Numbered from the stretch's first letter, positions 8,341 through 19,340 are shown. The stretch: 64,000 nucleotides of DNA from Ferruginibacter sp. (GCA_016786725.1 JAEUVU010000005.1:270-64269), one strand, 5' to 3'. A program made the numbers and translations. The notes: a model not told the origin generated them from the letters alone.

Positions 8341-9586
8341 TCTTTAAAAAAAGCAAAATATCAGCTAAGCTCACCGGTTTCTGCTGGTCATCAATTTCAA
8401 TTACCACGCAATATCCGTTAGCACCGCCGGCTTTTTTAATTGCATTCACTAATTTTTCCTGGTCGCTTTCCAATCTCTTTCCACCTGTACCGCTCCATAT
8501 TTCTTTGGTGCATAAGCAGCCTTCTGTTGGCGTTAACGGGTAGTAAGTTTGCTTTTTATAATACTCCGGATTTATGGTTGTGCCATGAGCAATAATTTCT
8601 GTTCGCCCGGCTTTGCCGGCATAATATGCTTCAAAAACGGGATAATAACTTTTCCAGGATGCCGGCAGTAAATACCTGTAATTATCACCCAGCGACCTTG
8701 TAACCGAATCACCCACATCCTGTGATTGCTCATAAGGCAAAACCATCTGTATATTAGTTGTTGGCCCAATGGCAGCACTTTTTGAAGTATCAAAACCAAA
8801 TACTTTGAAAATGCCCTGCGGTGTATTTCCGTTGGTAATATATCCCGGCATATTGCTGCAACTGCGTGCCAGTTGAGGAACAGCAAAATATTTTCCAGTT
8901 TCATTTTTAATGAATGCACCATTTTTATTTCTCACCATTACCAGGCCTGCAAAGTTTCTGTTGCTGCGTTGAAAACTGAACAGCACCATTTCTCCCGGCA
9001 AAAAATCTTTAGCCAAAAGATCGGCCAGGGGCGGTTTAGAGGGTGTTTTTAAATTGAGTTTGTTTTGCAAAACCCTGAAAAAAGGATTTTCTGTAGTTGG
9101 ATTGACCGGATTGTCATTAGCCTTTTTTGATAACAGTTCTTTGCATTCGGCTTGCCGGTTGTTCAGCAAAAGATATTCGCAGCACATGGCAAATAACTTT
9201 GCATCAGTTGTTTTACCGGCCAGAGAAATTACCTCTGGAACAAAAGCTTTGGGATACAACGGGTATATCATTTGTAATAAAGAACGCTGAAAGCCGGTAC
9301 TTCTTTTTTCAACAGAACCCATCGCAGTGTGTATCCTGCTGTCAATAAAAGGGGCATGATAGTTTAATAACATCATTGCTGCAAAAGCATCCTGCCAGTT
9401 TTCTTCGGTGCTGTCAACCAGCTCTGTTAATAAATTTTTGTTGATGCTGCTGATAAGGTATTTATATTCTTTTGCCCTTGCTTCTTTTGTTGTATTTGGG
9501 GCATATGTTGGTTTAGTTGTTTGAGCTTTCAGGTTCACCAACGAAAAAATTATTACCGTACCTATAAAAACTATTCGCCTGATCAT
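8327..9586 (-). CDS. secreted hypothetical protein; possible YkuD-like (L,D-transpeptidase-fold) C-terminal region
   Basis: Signal peptide. C-terminal IIAHGTT...TPTEGCLCTKE resembles the H...GC catalytic arrangement of L,D-transpeptidases. That functional call is tentative. Confidence 0.5.
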   Translation of the reverse strand: MIRRIVFIGTVIIFSLVNLKAQTTKPTYAPNTTKEARAKEYKYLISSINKNLLTELVDSTEENWQDAFAAMMLLNYHAPFIDSRIHTAMGSVEKRSTGFQRSLLQMIYPLYPKAFVPEVISLAGKTTDAKLFAMCCEYLLLNNRQAECKELLSKKANDNPVNPTTENPFFRVLQNKLNLKTPSKPPLADLLAKDFLPGEMVLFSFQRSNRNFAGLVMVRNKNGAFIKNETGKYFAVPQLARSCSNMPGYITNGNTPQGIFKVFGFDTSKSAAIGPTTNIQMVLPYEQSQDVGDSVTRSLGDNYRYLLPASWKSYYPVFEAYYAGKAGRTEIIAHGTTINPEYYKKQTYYPLTPTEGCLCTKEIWSGTGGKRLESDQEKLVNAIKKAGGANGYCVVIEIDDQQKPVSLADILLFLKTSPQ

Positions 9587-9600
9587 TACTGCAAAGTAAA

Positions 9601-9630
9601 TAAAAAAACATCCCGCCGGTTGGCGGGATG
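9601..9630 (-). terminator. rho-independent terminator of the hydrolase gene
   Basis: Minus strand CATCCCGCC-AACC-GGCGGGATG followed by TTTTTTT. Confidence 0.8.
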
Positions 9631-9650
9631 CATATTAAAGAATTAATTTT

Positions 9651-10538
9651 TTACGGAACGTGTACACCCAGAAATACCTGTATTTTATTAAAGGCATCTG
9701 TATATGTTGCCGCATCCCAATCGCCGTGCCCGCCGGCTGGATAAAATACATATTGGTTTGGAACAGAGAAGCTGGATAATTTAGTAACCAGGGCCTGCGA
9801 TTGTGTTGTGGCATTTACCACCGGGTCAGCACCGCCCTGAATAACTATAGTCGGGCAGTTTAAAGCATCTACAAATTGTATAGGGCTTGATGACTGGTAC
9901 AAAGCAGGATTTGTTGCCGGTGTGCCGCTCATTAAAGAGGCAATGGCAAATTGTGTGGGTATATTTGTAGAATAGTCATTGTACAAAGCTGCCATATCAG
10001 TTGGCCCAAAAAAATCTACCAACGCTTTTATTTTTACTACCGACCGGTGTTTATATGCCTGTAATAAAGATAAGTGGCCGCCGGCACTTGTGCCCATCAA
10101 AACAAATTTATCGCTTACCAGGTAGGCGGAACGGTTGTTATAAATAGATTCAACTGCTGTTTTTATATCCATTTCCTGTGTAGGAAAAAGATTATTGGTT
10201 GGAAACGATGCCAATCTGTAATTAAGGTTAAAGATGGCATAACCAGGCAAGCGTTGCTTTAAGGTATCAATAACGGCAGCAAAGTCTGATTTATCTCCAC
10301 CTGTCCATCCGCCGCCATGAATCAAAATCAAAACTTTGGTAGAAGTTGTGGAGCGGTTTGCAGGCAGGTAAATGTCCATTTTTTGTTTTAGATCAGCGCC
10401 GTAACCAGTATCCATTATTGTTCTTGCAACTACGGGCGTTGGAGCAGGAGTTGTGCCACCACCCGAATCTGATTTACTGCATGAGGCAAATACTATTACA
10501 ATGAAGGCGGCTAACGGAAAGAGGTTTTTTACTTTCAT
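9651..10538 (-). CDS. alpha/beta hydrolase (esterase/lipase family) lipoprotein
   Basis: Lipobox VFASC, oxyanion motif HGGGW, nucleophile elbow GTSAGGH. Confidence 0.85.
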   Translation of the reverse strand: MKVKNLFPLAAFIVIVFASCSKSDSGGGTTPAPTPVVARTIMDTGYGADLKQKMDIYLPANRSTTSTKVLILIHGGGWTGGDKSDFAAVIDTLKQRLPGYAIFNLNYRLASFPTNNLFPTQEMDIKTAVESIYNNRSAYLVSDKFVLMGTSAGGHLSLLQAYKHRSVVKIKALVDFFGPTDMAALYNDYSTNIPTQFAIASLMSGTPATNPALYQSSSPIQFVDALNCPTIVIQGGADPVVNATTQSQALVTKLSSFSVPNQYVFYPAGGHGDWDAATYTDAFNKIQVFLGVHVP

Positions 10539-10602
10539 ATAATTTTTGATTGAAGCTTAAAAATACATTGAGTAAACTTAAGAATAAGTTATTATTTTAC
10601 CA

Positions 10603-12450
10603 TCAGGCTATTTTCTGCATCAGTGTAAGCCGTTTATAAATACTTTCTTCTATTTCAATCAGTTCAAAATGGTTGCCCCGTTCAACAATACAACCATCCT
10701 GCAGTATTAAAATTTCATCCGCTTCTTTAATGGTGCTTAAACGGTGTGCAATTACCAGGGTTGTTCTGCCTTCCATCAAATTATTCAACGCTTCCTGTAC
10801 TGATTTTTCAGATTCGGTGTCTAATGCAGAAGTGGCTTCATCTAAAATTAAAATAGCAGGGTTCTTAAAAACTGCCCTTGCAATACTAAGGCGCTGGCGT
10901 TGACCTCCTGATAAACGGATGCCTCTGTCGCCGATATTGGTTTCGTAACCATGTTCAGTATCAATAATAAATTCGTGTGCATTGGCAATTTTTGCAGCCC
11001 TTATAACTTCTTCCATACTGGCATCGGGTTTCCCCAGGGCTATATTATTAAAGATAGAATCATTAAAGAGAATGATATCCTGTGTAACAAAACTCATGTG
11101 GCTCCTCAAAGATTCCATGGTATATTCCCGTATATCTTTTCCATCAATGCTGATGCTGCCTCCGGTTACATCGTAAAACCTCGGCAACAGGTCGGCAATG
11201 GTTGATTTACCAACTCCCGAGGGGCCAACCAGGGCAATGGTCTTTCCTTTTTCAATGGTAAAACTGATATCATTTAAAACCTGTCTTTCAGAGTATCCAA
11301 AACAAACGTTTTTAAATTCTACAAGCTTATTAAAAGTCTGCAAAGTCGTGGCATTGGGATGATCGGCCACTTCAATTTTTGTATCCAGTACTTCTAATAT
11401 TCTTTGTCCTGATGCTTCGCCACGCTGTATATTGGCCAATGCAACCACCATCGCTTTGGCCGGCCTTATCACCTGCGAAAAGATAGCGATAAAGGCAATG
11501 AATTCGCTTGCCTGCAAACCCGAAGGGTTGCCGCTGTTGTTTTGCAGTATCATGGTGCCGCCATAAATTAAAATACAAGCCACCACAATTACACCCGATA
11601 CTTCTGAAAAAATGGGCGCCAGCTCTCTTCGTTTAAAACCCTGCAGGCTTGCTTTGCGGTAAAAATCATTTTCACGGCTGAATCTTTTTACTATAAAGCC
11701 GGTAGCATTAAAAGAACGGATGATACGCATGCCCATCAGCGTTTCATCAATAATAGTAAGTAATCTACCGATGGAGGATTGCATATCAGAAGCTTCTTTA
11801 CGCAGCCTTTTTGTTACCGTTGCAATGCCAATGGCAGAGATGGGGATGATGATCAGCGTAAACAACGTAAGTTTTACCGAAATGGCGAACAATGCAATAA
11901 AATAACCAATCATAATGTAAGGCTCCTTGAATAATACTTCCAGCGAATTGGCAGCCACGGCTTCAATTTCAAAAACATCTGAGTTCATTCTTGAAAGCAG
12001 GTCGCCTTTTTTTTCTTTGGTAAAATACCCCATGTGCAGGTAGTTTATCTTTTCAAAAATGGCTTCCCTTATTTTTTTTACCAGCATGGTTCTTGCGCTA
12101 ACCATGCTGCGCTGTGCAAAATACCTGAACACGTTTGTAAGCACTACAGATAAAACGATCAGCGATGCAATAAAATATAGGGCATATACCGGGTTGAGTG
12201 TTTTTAAACGGTAAACCTGGTGATAGAAAAGGTCTTTAAAATAGGAAGCTGACAAAGAAAACTCCGGCGCTGCAGCATAACGCTGCATACTTTCGGCAGT
12301 TTGGTTGTCAAACAAAAAATTAAGCAGGGGAATGATGAGTGCAAACTGAAAAATGCTGAAGAATACAGCAATGAGCGTAAATCCAAAGAAGGGTATTACA
12401 AATCTTCCATAGGGCTTTGCAAATTTTAATAACCTGCGGTATGTCTTCAT
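10603..12450 (-). CDS. ABC transporter permease/ATPase fusion, MsbA-like lipid exporter
   Basis: 615 aa. N-terminal 6-TM domain, Walker A GPSGVGKST, signature LSGGQRQR, Walker B ILILDEATSALD. Adjacent to glycosyltransferases. Confidence 0.85.
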   Translation of the reverse strand: MKTYRRLLKFAKPYGRFVIPFFGFTLIAVFFSIFQFALIIPLLNFLFDNQTAESMQRYAAAPEFSLSASYFKDLFYHQVYRLKTLNPVYALYFIASLIVLSVVLTNVFRYFAQRSMVSARTMLVKKIREAIFEKINYLHMGYFTKEKKGDLLSRMNSDVFEIEAVAANSLEVLFKEPYIMIGYFIALFAISVKLTLFTLIIIPISAIGIATVTKRLRKEASDMQSSIGRLLTIIDETLMGMRIIRSFNATGFIVKRFSRENDFYRKASLQGFKRRELAPIFSEVSGVIVVACILIYGGTMILQNNSGNPSGLQASEFIAFIAIFSQVIRPAKAMVVALANIQRGEASGQRILEVLDTKIEVADHPNATTLQTFNKLVEFKNVCFGYSERQVLNDISFTIEKGKTIALVGPSGVGKSTIADLLPRFYDVTGGSISIDGKDIREYTMESLRSHMSFVTQDIILFNDSIFNNIALGKPDASMEEVIRAAKIANAHEFIIDTEHGYETNIGDRGIRLSGGQRQRLSIARAVFKNPAILILDEATSALDTESEKSVQEALNNLMEGRTTLVIAHRLSTIKEADEILILQDGCIVERGNHFELIEIEESIYKRLTLMQKIA

Positions 12451-12465
12451 CTGATTGTTTTATGG

Positions 12466-13527
12466 CTAAAATAAAGAACGGTAAATTTTCCAGTATTCCT
12501 GTGCAGCAATATCCCAGTTGTATTCTTTCCCTTTTTGTATGATCTTATCCTGCATATTAAAAACCTTGTATTGCTTCATACCGGCAACAAAAGTCTGCTG
12601 CATGTGATCGGCCGAAAAATTCTCAAAATAAAAAGCAACATCGCCGCCAATTTCGGGCAATGCGGTTTTGTGCGACAAAAATAATGGTTTGCCAACTGAC
12701 ATTGCTTCTGTAACCGGTAGCCCAAAACCTTCGGAAATGGATGGAAATGCAAATGCGTGGCAATTATTAAAGTACCATGATTTTTCGGATTCTGATATTG
12801 GCCCCAGCAGTTTCAGGTTTTTTGATATGCCTGCTTTTTCTGCAATATCCAATATTGACTGGTAATAGCCCACATCATCAATGCGGCCTGCTATGACCAG
12901 TTCAAACTGGTCCTGGCCCTCTATTAATGGTAATAAACTGTGAAAATTCTTTTTGGGCATAATGGTGCCCAGCGAAAAAATAAAAGGCTTTTCCGGTTTG
13001 TAAGATTGCTTCAGCAACTGCGGTATGGTAAGCGTATTGGTGCCGTTGTAAATTACCTGAACAGGTTTGTTTGCAAGGTTGCAGTAAAAAGCAAGGTCTC
13101 TACGGGCATATTCACTGATGCAGATGATCACATCGGCCCTGTTAACAAGTTTTTGTAAACGTTTGAGGTTTCGCTGTTTTTTAAACTCAGATTTTGAAGC
13201 GTCGTACATAAAATTCAGATCATGTACGGATAGAACAACTTTTATTTTCTTATTTCTTAAAGGCAGGTAATAGCTATCCTGGTAAGTAGCATGCCACACA
13301 GCATAGTTGGTTAACGTGGGCATCCTGAATTTATGAAGCTCTGTTTGCTGCAGGTGTTTTGTTTCCTTGCCAAAAAGATTCTCCATGCCATAAGGGCTGT
13401 AAAAGGATAGCTCTTCTTCTCCTGGCCTGTTAAACCTGCCAAGATGATTACCCAGGTTTAAACAATAGTGGTATAAACCGGTGTTTTCATACTTCATCCT
13501 TTCGCAATCAAAAATAATCCGGTTCAT
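12466..13527 (-). CDS. glycosyltransferase family 4 (GT-B)
   Basis: 353 aa. PSISEGFGLPVTEAM (EX7E region). Paralogous to the divergent neighbour. Confidence 0.85.
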   Translation of the reverse strand: MNRIIFDCERMKYENTGLYHYCLNLGNHLGRFNRPGEEELSFYSPYGMENLFGKETKHLQQTELHKFRMPTLTNYAVWHATYQDSYYLPLRNKKIKVVLSVHDLNFMYDASKSEFKKQRNLKRLQKLVNRADVIICISEYARRDLAFYCNLANKPVQVIYNGTNTLTIPQLLKQSYKPEKPFIFSLGTIMPKKNFHSLLPLIEGQDQFELVIAGRIDDVGYYQSILDIAEKAGISKNLKLLGPISESEKSWYFNNCHAFAFPSISEGFGLPVTEAMSVGKPLFLSHKTALPEIGGDVAFYFENFSADHMQQTFVAGMKQYKVFNMQDKIIQKGKEYNWDIAAQEYWKIYRSLF

Positions 13528-13739
13528 ATTGTGTTGAAGGTGGTTAGCTCAATTAATTTAAAGACTGTAATTTATAAAAATAAGCTGCCTGTTTACAGCA
13601 AAAACTATGCAAGATCAGTTTTAGTGATGATTTATTTCACAACAAGACTTCTTAAAATAACTTAACTTGATTTTTAAAGCGGGCGAAATTACTTACTTTG
13701 GTACGATTATAGCTGCAATCAGCATTTTTGTAAATAATT

Positions 13740-14801
13740 ATGCATAAAATAATCCTTGATTGCGACCTGATGCGTTACCGGGATTCGGGACTTTATCATT
13801 ACTGCCTTAACCTGGGTACTTATGTAAAGCGCTTATTAGATAAGGAAAAGAATGTATATATAGGATTTTATGTGCCTGCTGCAGAGCAGCATTCTTTTGG
13901 CCCTGCTGCAGGATGCATCGTTGAAAAAAAATGGCACAGCAAATTCATCAAACCTTTTTTATGGGATTGTGATATCTGGCATGCGCCCTTTCAATCAGGC
14001 AGGATCTTACCATCAGCCAATAAAAAAATTAAGATACTGCTTACCATTCATGATCTTAACTGCCTGCACGAAGGCAAATCTGCAAAAGAGCAAAAAGAAA
14101 GCCTTCAAAAAACACAAAAACTCATTGACCGCAGCGATGCATTGGTATGCATCTCCAATCATTGTAAAAAAGATGTGCTTGAGAACCTCGATGTAAAAGA
14201 TAAGCCGGTTCATGTAATTCATAATGGTACACATCATGTGCATATTCCTCCTGCAAAGCCCGCTGCCTATTTGCCAGCAAGGCCTTTTTTATTTACCATG
14301 GGGTATGTAAATCAAAAAAAGAATTTTCATACACTTATATCGTTGTTAAAAGACGAATCGCTTGAACTGGTGGTGGCAGGCAAACAGGATGACGCTGATT
14401 ATGTAAATAAAATGAAAACAATGGCAGCTAAAGAGGGTGTTGCAGACAGGCTGCACATCCTGGGCCCGGTATCAGAAGCAGATAAAGCATGGTACCTGCA
14501 GAATTGCTATGCTTTTTTACTGCCCTCGCTGGCAGAAGGTTTTGGAGCGCCTGTGGTGGAGGCAATGGCTTTCGGAAAACCTTTATTCCTTGCTAAAAGA
14601 ACTTCGTTACCGGAGATAGGCGGCGACGTTGCTTTTTATTTTGAAAATTTTGGAGCAGACCACATGCTGGATGTTTTTAAAAAAGGAATGATGCTTTATC
14701 AGCAAAACGGTCTTGCACAAAAGATCATTGATCGTGGGAATGATTTTAGCTGGGAAGAAAAAGCGAAGGAGTATTTAAATGTTTACCGGTCACTATTATA
14801 A
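13740..14801 (+). CDS. glycosyltransferase family 4 (GT-B), paralog of 12466..13527
   Basis: 353 aa. PSLAEGFGAPVVEAM. Shares GLYHYCLNLG and LPEIGGDVAFYFENF.ADHM blocks with the divergent gene. Confidence 0.85.
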   Translation: MHKIILDCDLMRYRDSGLYHYCLNLGTYVKRLLDKEKNVYIGFYVPAAEQHSFGPAAGCIVEKKWHSKFIKPFLWDCDIWHAPFQSGRILPSANKKIKILLTIHDLNCLHEGKSAKEQKESLQKTQKLIDRSDALVCISNHCKKDVLENLDVKDKPVHVIHNGTHHVHIPPAKPAAYLPARPFLFTMGYVNQKKNFHTLISLLKDESLELVVAGKQDDADYVNKMKTMAAKEGVADRLHILGPVSEADKAWYLQNCYAFLLPSLAEGFGAPVVEAMAFGKPLFLAKRTSLPEIGGDVAFYFENFGADHMLDVFKKGMMLYQQNGLAQKIIDRGNDFSWEEKAKEYLNVYRSLL

Positions 14802-14812
14802 AATTGAGATGT

Positions 14813-15649
14813 ATGGAACAGGCTGAACGGAAATGGAATACCAACCTGGTTTATGACTTCGGAAAAAGAAGATCGGAGTTGTGCAGGGCCATGGACTTTA
14901 AAACCGACTGGTTTAAACGTTGGTGCAATGAACTGGATGAACAACCCAATTTTCACCGCAAGCAATGGGAGTTTGTTTACATCATGCAGGCATTGTGGGA
15001 GCGTAATTGTATTCAACCCGGTAAAAAAGGATTGGTATTTGCCGTAGGTACAGAACCATTGCCCGCTATGTTTGCAAAGTATGGCGCTGATATTTTAGCA
15101 ACAGATATTTTGCCGGAGAAAGGGATTGAAAAAGGCTGGGATAATGGTAACCAGCTTTGTTTTGGTACAGAATCATTGAACAGGAGAGGAATTTGCCCTG
15201 AAAGTGAATTTAAAGAAAGAGTGCACTACCGTGCAGTTGATATGAATGATATACCAACTGATTTGGCTGATTTTGATTTTAACTGGAGCAGTTGTTCATT
15301 TGAACACCTTGGGACACTGGAAAAAGGATTTGCGTTTCTGAAGAACCAGTTAAAAACTTTAAAGCCCGGAGGATGGGCAGTGCATACTACTGAATACAAT
15401 GTATCCAGCAATGATGAAACGCAACAAAATAATGATACAGTAATTTACAGGCAAAGAGATATTGAACAAATTGTAAATGAGCTGAGAAGCGATGGACATT
15501 TTGTAGAAGAAGTGAATTTTGCCTTGGGAGGATTACCGGAAGATTTTATGGTAGATACTGAACCTCATCAGCAAAAAGTACATTTAAAACTGCAGGTAGA
15601 TAAATATGTGGTTACTTCTATCGGGCTTATCATTCAAAAAAAGCATTAA
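14813..15649 (+). CDS. class I SAM-dependent methyltransferase-like protein
   Basis: ORF 14804 begins with TTG, so I prefer ATG 14813 (MEQAERK). Glycine-rich motif-I-like VFAVGTEPLP and LKPGGWAV. Starts 11 nt after the GT4 stop. Confidence 0.65.
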   Translation: MEQAERKWNTNLVYDFGKRRSELCRAMDFKTDWFKRWCNELDEQPNFHRKQWEFVYIMQALWERNCIQPGKKGLVFAVGTEPLPAMFAKYGADILATDILPEKGIEKGWDNGNQLCFGTESLNRRGICPESEFKERVHYRAVDMNDIPTDLADFDFNWSSCSFEHLGTLEKGFAFLKNQLKTLKPGGWAVHTTEYNVSSNDETQQNNDTVIYRQRDIEQIVNELRSDGHFVEEVNFALGGLPEDFMVDTEPHQQKVHLKLQVDKYVVTSIGLIIQKKH

Positions 15650-16908
15650 TACCCGTATTTATCCTTCCACAGCATTTTTAAAAATTTCCTTAATTCTTCT
15701 TCCCGCAAATTTTTACCAGGTTCAAAAAATTTAGTGCCCTTAATATCTTCGGGCAAATATTCCTGCGGCGAAAAATTGTTTTCGTAGTTGTGAGAATATT
15801 CATAACCTTTTCCATAGCCTTCCTTCTTCATGAGTTTGGTTGGTGCATTGCGGATGTGCAGAGGCACAGGCAGGTCGCCATGTGTTTTTACGGCACTCAT
15901 GGCCGCACCAATAGCCACAGTAGCGGAATTGCTTTTAGCGCTGCTGGCTAAGTAAATGGCACATTGCGAAAGTATCAGTTGCGATTCTGGATAGCCAATT
16001 TTATTTACGGCTTCAAATGTTGCATTGGCAAGCAGCAAAGCATTGGGGTTTGCATTGCCGATATCTTCACTGGCGAGTATCAGCATTCTTCTTGCAATAA
16101 ATTTTACATCTTCGCCACCTTCTATCATTCTTGCCAAATAATAAACTGCCGCATTGGGATCGCTGCCACGGATTGATTTTATGAAAGCAGAAATGATATC
16201 GTAATGTTGCTCACCTTTTTTATCGTAAAGTGCAATGCGTTGCTGCGCAATTTCCATCACTGCTTCATCTGTAATAATTGCTTTATTGCTCAATGCATCT
16301 GTAACCAGTTCTAAAAGATTTAACAGCTTTCTTGCATCGCCACCGGAGATGTTGATGAGGGCCTCTGTTTCTTTAAGCTCTATCTTTTTTGTTTTTAAAA
16401 CTTCATCGTTTTTGATGGCATGTTGCAGTAAAGCAACCAGGTCTTTTTCATCCAGCGCTTTTAAAATATACACCTGCGTTCGGCTCAGCAAGGCGCTGTT
16501 CACTTCAAAGGATGGATTTTCTGTTGTTGCACCAATTAAGGTGATGATGCCTTTTTCTACAGCACCCAATAGAGCATCCTGCTGGCCTTTGTTAAAGCGG
16601 TGTATCTCATCAATAAATAAAACAGCGCCGCTTTGTTTTTTCGCCAGTTCGATCACTTCTCTCACTTCTTTTACTCCGGATGAAATGGCGCTGAGTGTAT
16701 AGAACGGAACCTGTAATGTTTGTGCAATAATATTGGCGATGGTTGTTTTGCCAACCCCCGGCGGGCCCCAAAGGATCATGCTGGGAATTTTGCCATGCTC
16801 AATGGCTGTACGTAAAATACTTCCCTTGCCGGTAAGGTGCTGCTGGCCCACAAGTTCATCAAGCGTTGTGGGGCGCAGGCGTTCGGCGAGTGGAGGAAGA
16901 GAAGCCAA
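15646..16908 (-). CDS. rarA: replication-associated recombination protein A (AAA+ ATPase)
   Basis: [20 protein letters not shown], Walker [10 protein letters not shown], Walker [12 protein letters not shown], MgsA C-terminal blocks. Only a TTG start (16908) is available. Confidence 0.92.
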   Translation of the reverse strand: MASLPPLAERLRPTTLDELVGQQHLTGKGSILRTAIEHGKIPSMILWGPPGVGKTTIANIIAQTLQVPFYTLSAISSGVKEVREVIELAKKQSGAVLFIDEIHRFNKGQQDALLGAVEKGIITLIGATTENPSFEVNSALLSRTQVYILKALDEKDLVALLQHAIKNDEVLKTKKIELKETEALINISGGDARKLLNLLELVTDALSNKAIITDEAVMEIAQQRIALYDKKGEQHYDIISAFIKSIRGSDPNAAVYYLARMIEGGEDVKFIARRMLILASEDIGNANPNALLLANATFEAVNKIGYPESQLILSQCAIYLASSAKSNSATVAIGAAMSAVKTHGDLPVPLHIRNAPTKLMKKEGYGKGYEYSHNYENNFSPQEYLPEDIKGTKFFEPGKNLREEELRKFLKMLWKDKYGY

Positions 16909-16917
16909 TAAATTAAG

Positions 16918-16936
16918 AATTAAAAATTAGGAATTA
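16918..16936. repeat. 19-mer AATTAAAAATTAGGAATTA (identical copy at 27654-27672)
   Basis: Direct comparison. Lies 9 nt upstream of the rarA start codon, within a run of AATTAAGAATT words. Confidence 0.8.
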
Positions 16937-16994
16937 AGAATTATACTCTCAGGGCACAATATCTTACGTATATTTCAAACCATTTATTGTTAGG

Positions 16995-17029
16995 AAATTC
17001 GTGTAATTCGTGCCTCAAATTCGTGTAAT
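16995..17029. repeat. AATTCGTGTAAT word array
   Basis: AAATTCGTGTAATTCGTGCCTCAAATTCGTGTAAT immediately 3' of the aspS stop. Same word as the 19341-19480 array. Confidence 0.75.
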
Positions 17030-17035
17030 AAAAAC

Positions 17036-18886
17036 CTATCCCTTCAAATCAAGCCTTATCTGCAACTCATCAAACTGTTTATCAGCAATACCTGAAGGCG
17101 CATCCAGCATCACATCCCTTCCTGCATTATTTTTAGGGAAGGCGATAAAATCACGGATGGTTTCATTGCCACCGATGATGGCACAAAGACGGTCAAAACC
17201 AAAAGCAATACCACCATGCGGTGGCGCACCATATTCAAAAGCGCCGAGTAAGAAACCGAATTTGTGTTGCTGTTCTTCTGCATCCATACCTAAGGCGGCA
17301 AACATTTTTTCCTGCAGATCTCTTTGATAAATTCGAATTGAACCGCCCCCAACTTCATTACCATTCAACACCATATCATAAGCATTGGCTTTAATGTTGG
17401 CATATGGATGTTCTAAATATTTATCAAGATCTTCAACCTTGGGAGAATTGTTTATCATGATATCAACATCAGAAGGCTTGGGACTTGTAAACGGATGATG
17501 CCTTGCCACCCAGCGCCCGGCACCGCCGCCATCCTGGTCCTCAAGCGCAAATTCAAACAAAGGAAAATCTATCACCCATAATAATTTAAATTCATCTGGC
17601 TTGCGCATGCCCAGGCGTTCGGCCATTTCCATACGCAGAGCACTGATGGCTTTACGGGTCCTTTCTTCGGTGCCGGCCAAAATTAAAATCAGGTCGCCGG
17701 CATTTGCATTGGCTGCTGCTGCAATGGCTTTTAATTTATCTTCTGTATAAAATTTATCTACACTGCTTTTAAATGTTCCGTCGGTATTGCATTTAATAAA
17801 TACCAAACCTTTCATACCAATCTGCGGACGCTTTACCCACTCAGTCAGCTCATCGGTTTGCTTGCGGCTATATTCGCTGCAGCCAGGCACAGCAATGGCA
17901 AGAATAGTCTCAGCCCCCCAGCCCCCCAAAGGGGGGATTGAAAGCAACTCTCTGCTTACCTCAGGCTCCTTACCAATAAATAAATGAGAAGGGAATTGAA
18001 GATTGCAAACTTTCATATCAAAACGGATATCCGGTTTGTCGTTACCATAAGTGAACATGGCATCTTCCCAGGTCATACGTTCAAGTGTTTCTGTATAGTC
18101 AATACCTTTCACATCTTTAAGAATGCGTTTTACCAAACCTTCAAACATATTGATGATATCGTCCTGCTCTACAAAAGCCATTTCGCAATCTATTTGTGTA
18201 AACTCGGGCTGGCGGTCGGCACGAAGGTCTTCATCCCTGAAACATTTTACAACCTGGTAGTAACGGTCGTAACCGCTCACCATCAGCAATTGCTTAAATG
18301 TTTGCGGAGATTGTGGTAAGGCGTAAAACTGTCCGGGATTCATTCTTGAAGGAACCACAAAATCCCTGGCGCCTTCCGGTGTGCTTTTGATCAGGAAAGG
18401 CGTTTCAATATCCATGAAATTATTTTCATGCAGGTAATTTCTTGCAGAGCGGTTTACCTGGTAACGCAATTCTAAATTTTTCTTCACCGCATTTCTCCTC
18501 AGGTCCAGAAAACGGTATTTCATTCTTATGTCGTCGCCGCCATCGGTATCATCCTGTATGGTGAAGGGTGGAACGGCTGATTTATTCAGAATCTTAAATT
18601 CACTTACAACAATTTCAATTTCACCGGTTGGTATGTTTGCATTCTTGCTGCTGCGTTCATTTACTTTACCGGTAACCTGCAACACATATTCTCTTCCCAA
18701 TGGATTAGCATCCAGGGCAGCATTTAGTGTTTCTGAAAATAATAACTGGGTAATACCGTAGCGGTCACGCAGGTCAACAAAAGTGATGCTGCCGAATTTA
18801 CGAACGGTTTGTACCCAACCGGCCAGGGATACTTCTTTATTGATATCGGTTAATCTTAATTCGCCACAGGTGTGAGTTCTGTACAT
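17036..18886 (-). CDS. aspS: aspartate--tRNA ligase
   Basis: ORF trimmed to ATG 18886 ([11 protein letters not shown]). Class II motifs [32 protein letters not shown] and the C-terminal PPHGG.AFG.DR block. Confidence 0.95.
   Translation of the reverse strand: MYRTHTCGELRLTDINKEVSLAGWVQTVRKFGSITFVDLRDRYGITQLLFSETLNAALDANPLGREYVLQVTGKVNERSSKNANIPTGEIEIVVSEFKILNKSAVPPFTIQDDTDGGDDIRMKYRFLDLRRNAVKKNLELRYQVNRSARNYLHENNFMDIETPFLIKSTPEGARDFVVPSRMNPGQFYALPQSPQTFKQLLMVSGYDRYYQVVKCFRDEDLRADRQPEFTQIDCEMAFVEQDDIINMFEGLVKRILKDVKGIDYTETLERMTWEDAMFTYGNDKPDIRFDMKVCNLQFPSHLFIGKEPEVSRELLSIPPLGGWGAETILAIAVPGCSEYSRKQTDELTEWVKRPQIGMKGLVFIKCNTDGTFKSSVDKFYTEDKLKAIAAAANANAGDLILILAGTEERTRKAISALRMEMAERLGMRKPDEFKLLWVIDFPLFEFALEDQDGGGAGRWVARHHPFTSPKPSDVDIMINNSPKVEDLDKYLEHPYANIKANAYDMVLNGNEVGGGSIRIYQRDLQEKMFAALGMDAEEQQHKFGFLLGAFEYGAPPHGGIAFGFDRLCAIIGGNETIRDFIAFPKNNAGRDVMLDAPSGIADKQFDELQIRLDLKG
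17923..17947. repeat. G/C hairpin module, short subfamily, in frame inside aspS
   Basis: GCCCCCCAGCCCCCCAAAGGGGGGA. Coding strand reads TCCCCCCTTTGGGGGGCTGGGGGGC, translated IPPLGGWGA. Confidence 0.75.
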
Positions 18887-18926
18887 AATCTGAATAAAAT
18901 TGAGCGGCAAAGATAAATTAATTGGG

Positions 18927-19325
18927 TTACATCGTCTCAGCCTTCTTTTTATAAATGACCTTAAAAACGAGATAATAATATGCAAGGATAAGGATGCCAA
19001 TAACAAAAGGTATAATGGCAATGTATTTATATTCAATACCGGCATACACCGGCAGTTTATCAAACGAAAAAAATTCGCTGATCATCCAGTAAGAGTTGGC
19101 AGCTATCCAGAAAACGATGGCCCAGTTATGGCAAACCTCACTTACATATTTCCGGTTTTTAATTGAAATGATGATGGCAATGACCAGGGTAGGAAATATC
19201 ATCGCTATGCCCAGTGGTTTCCAAACCATACACCAGCTGATGTCTTTCAGCAGCCAGAAAATAATATGCATATTTTCCATACGGCGAAAACGGAGTGGGA
19301 TATTGTAGGTTTGTTCGGTTGACAT
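18927..19325 (-). CDS. small integral membrane protein (about 4 TM), unknown function
   Basis: ORF start is TTG at 19331, with ATG at 19325. Hydrophobic segments. Ends 40 nt upstream of aspS on the same strand. Confidence 0.5.
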   Translation of the reverse strand: MSTEQTYNIPLRFRRMENMHIIFWLLKDISWCMVWKPLGIAMIFPTLVIAIIISIKNRKYVSEVCHNWAIVFWIAANSYWMISEFFSFDKLPVYAGIEYKYIAIIPFVIGILILAYYYLVFKVIYKKKAETM

Positions 19326-19340
19326 AGCCAATAATTTATT

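Noticed and set aside
16755-16780. CCAACCCCCGGCGGGCCCCAAAGG in rarA resembles the G/C hairpin module
   Set aside because: It encodes the universally conserved Walker A loop GPPGVGKT on the minus strand, so it is native coding sequence and not an insertion.
18887-19063. N-terminal extension of the aspS ORF to 19063
   Set aside because: The extension overlaps the upstream membrane-protein gene and is hydrophobic junk. The canonical AspRS N-terminus [11 protein letters not shown] begins at ATG 18886.
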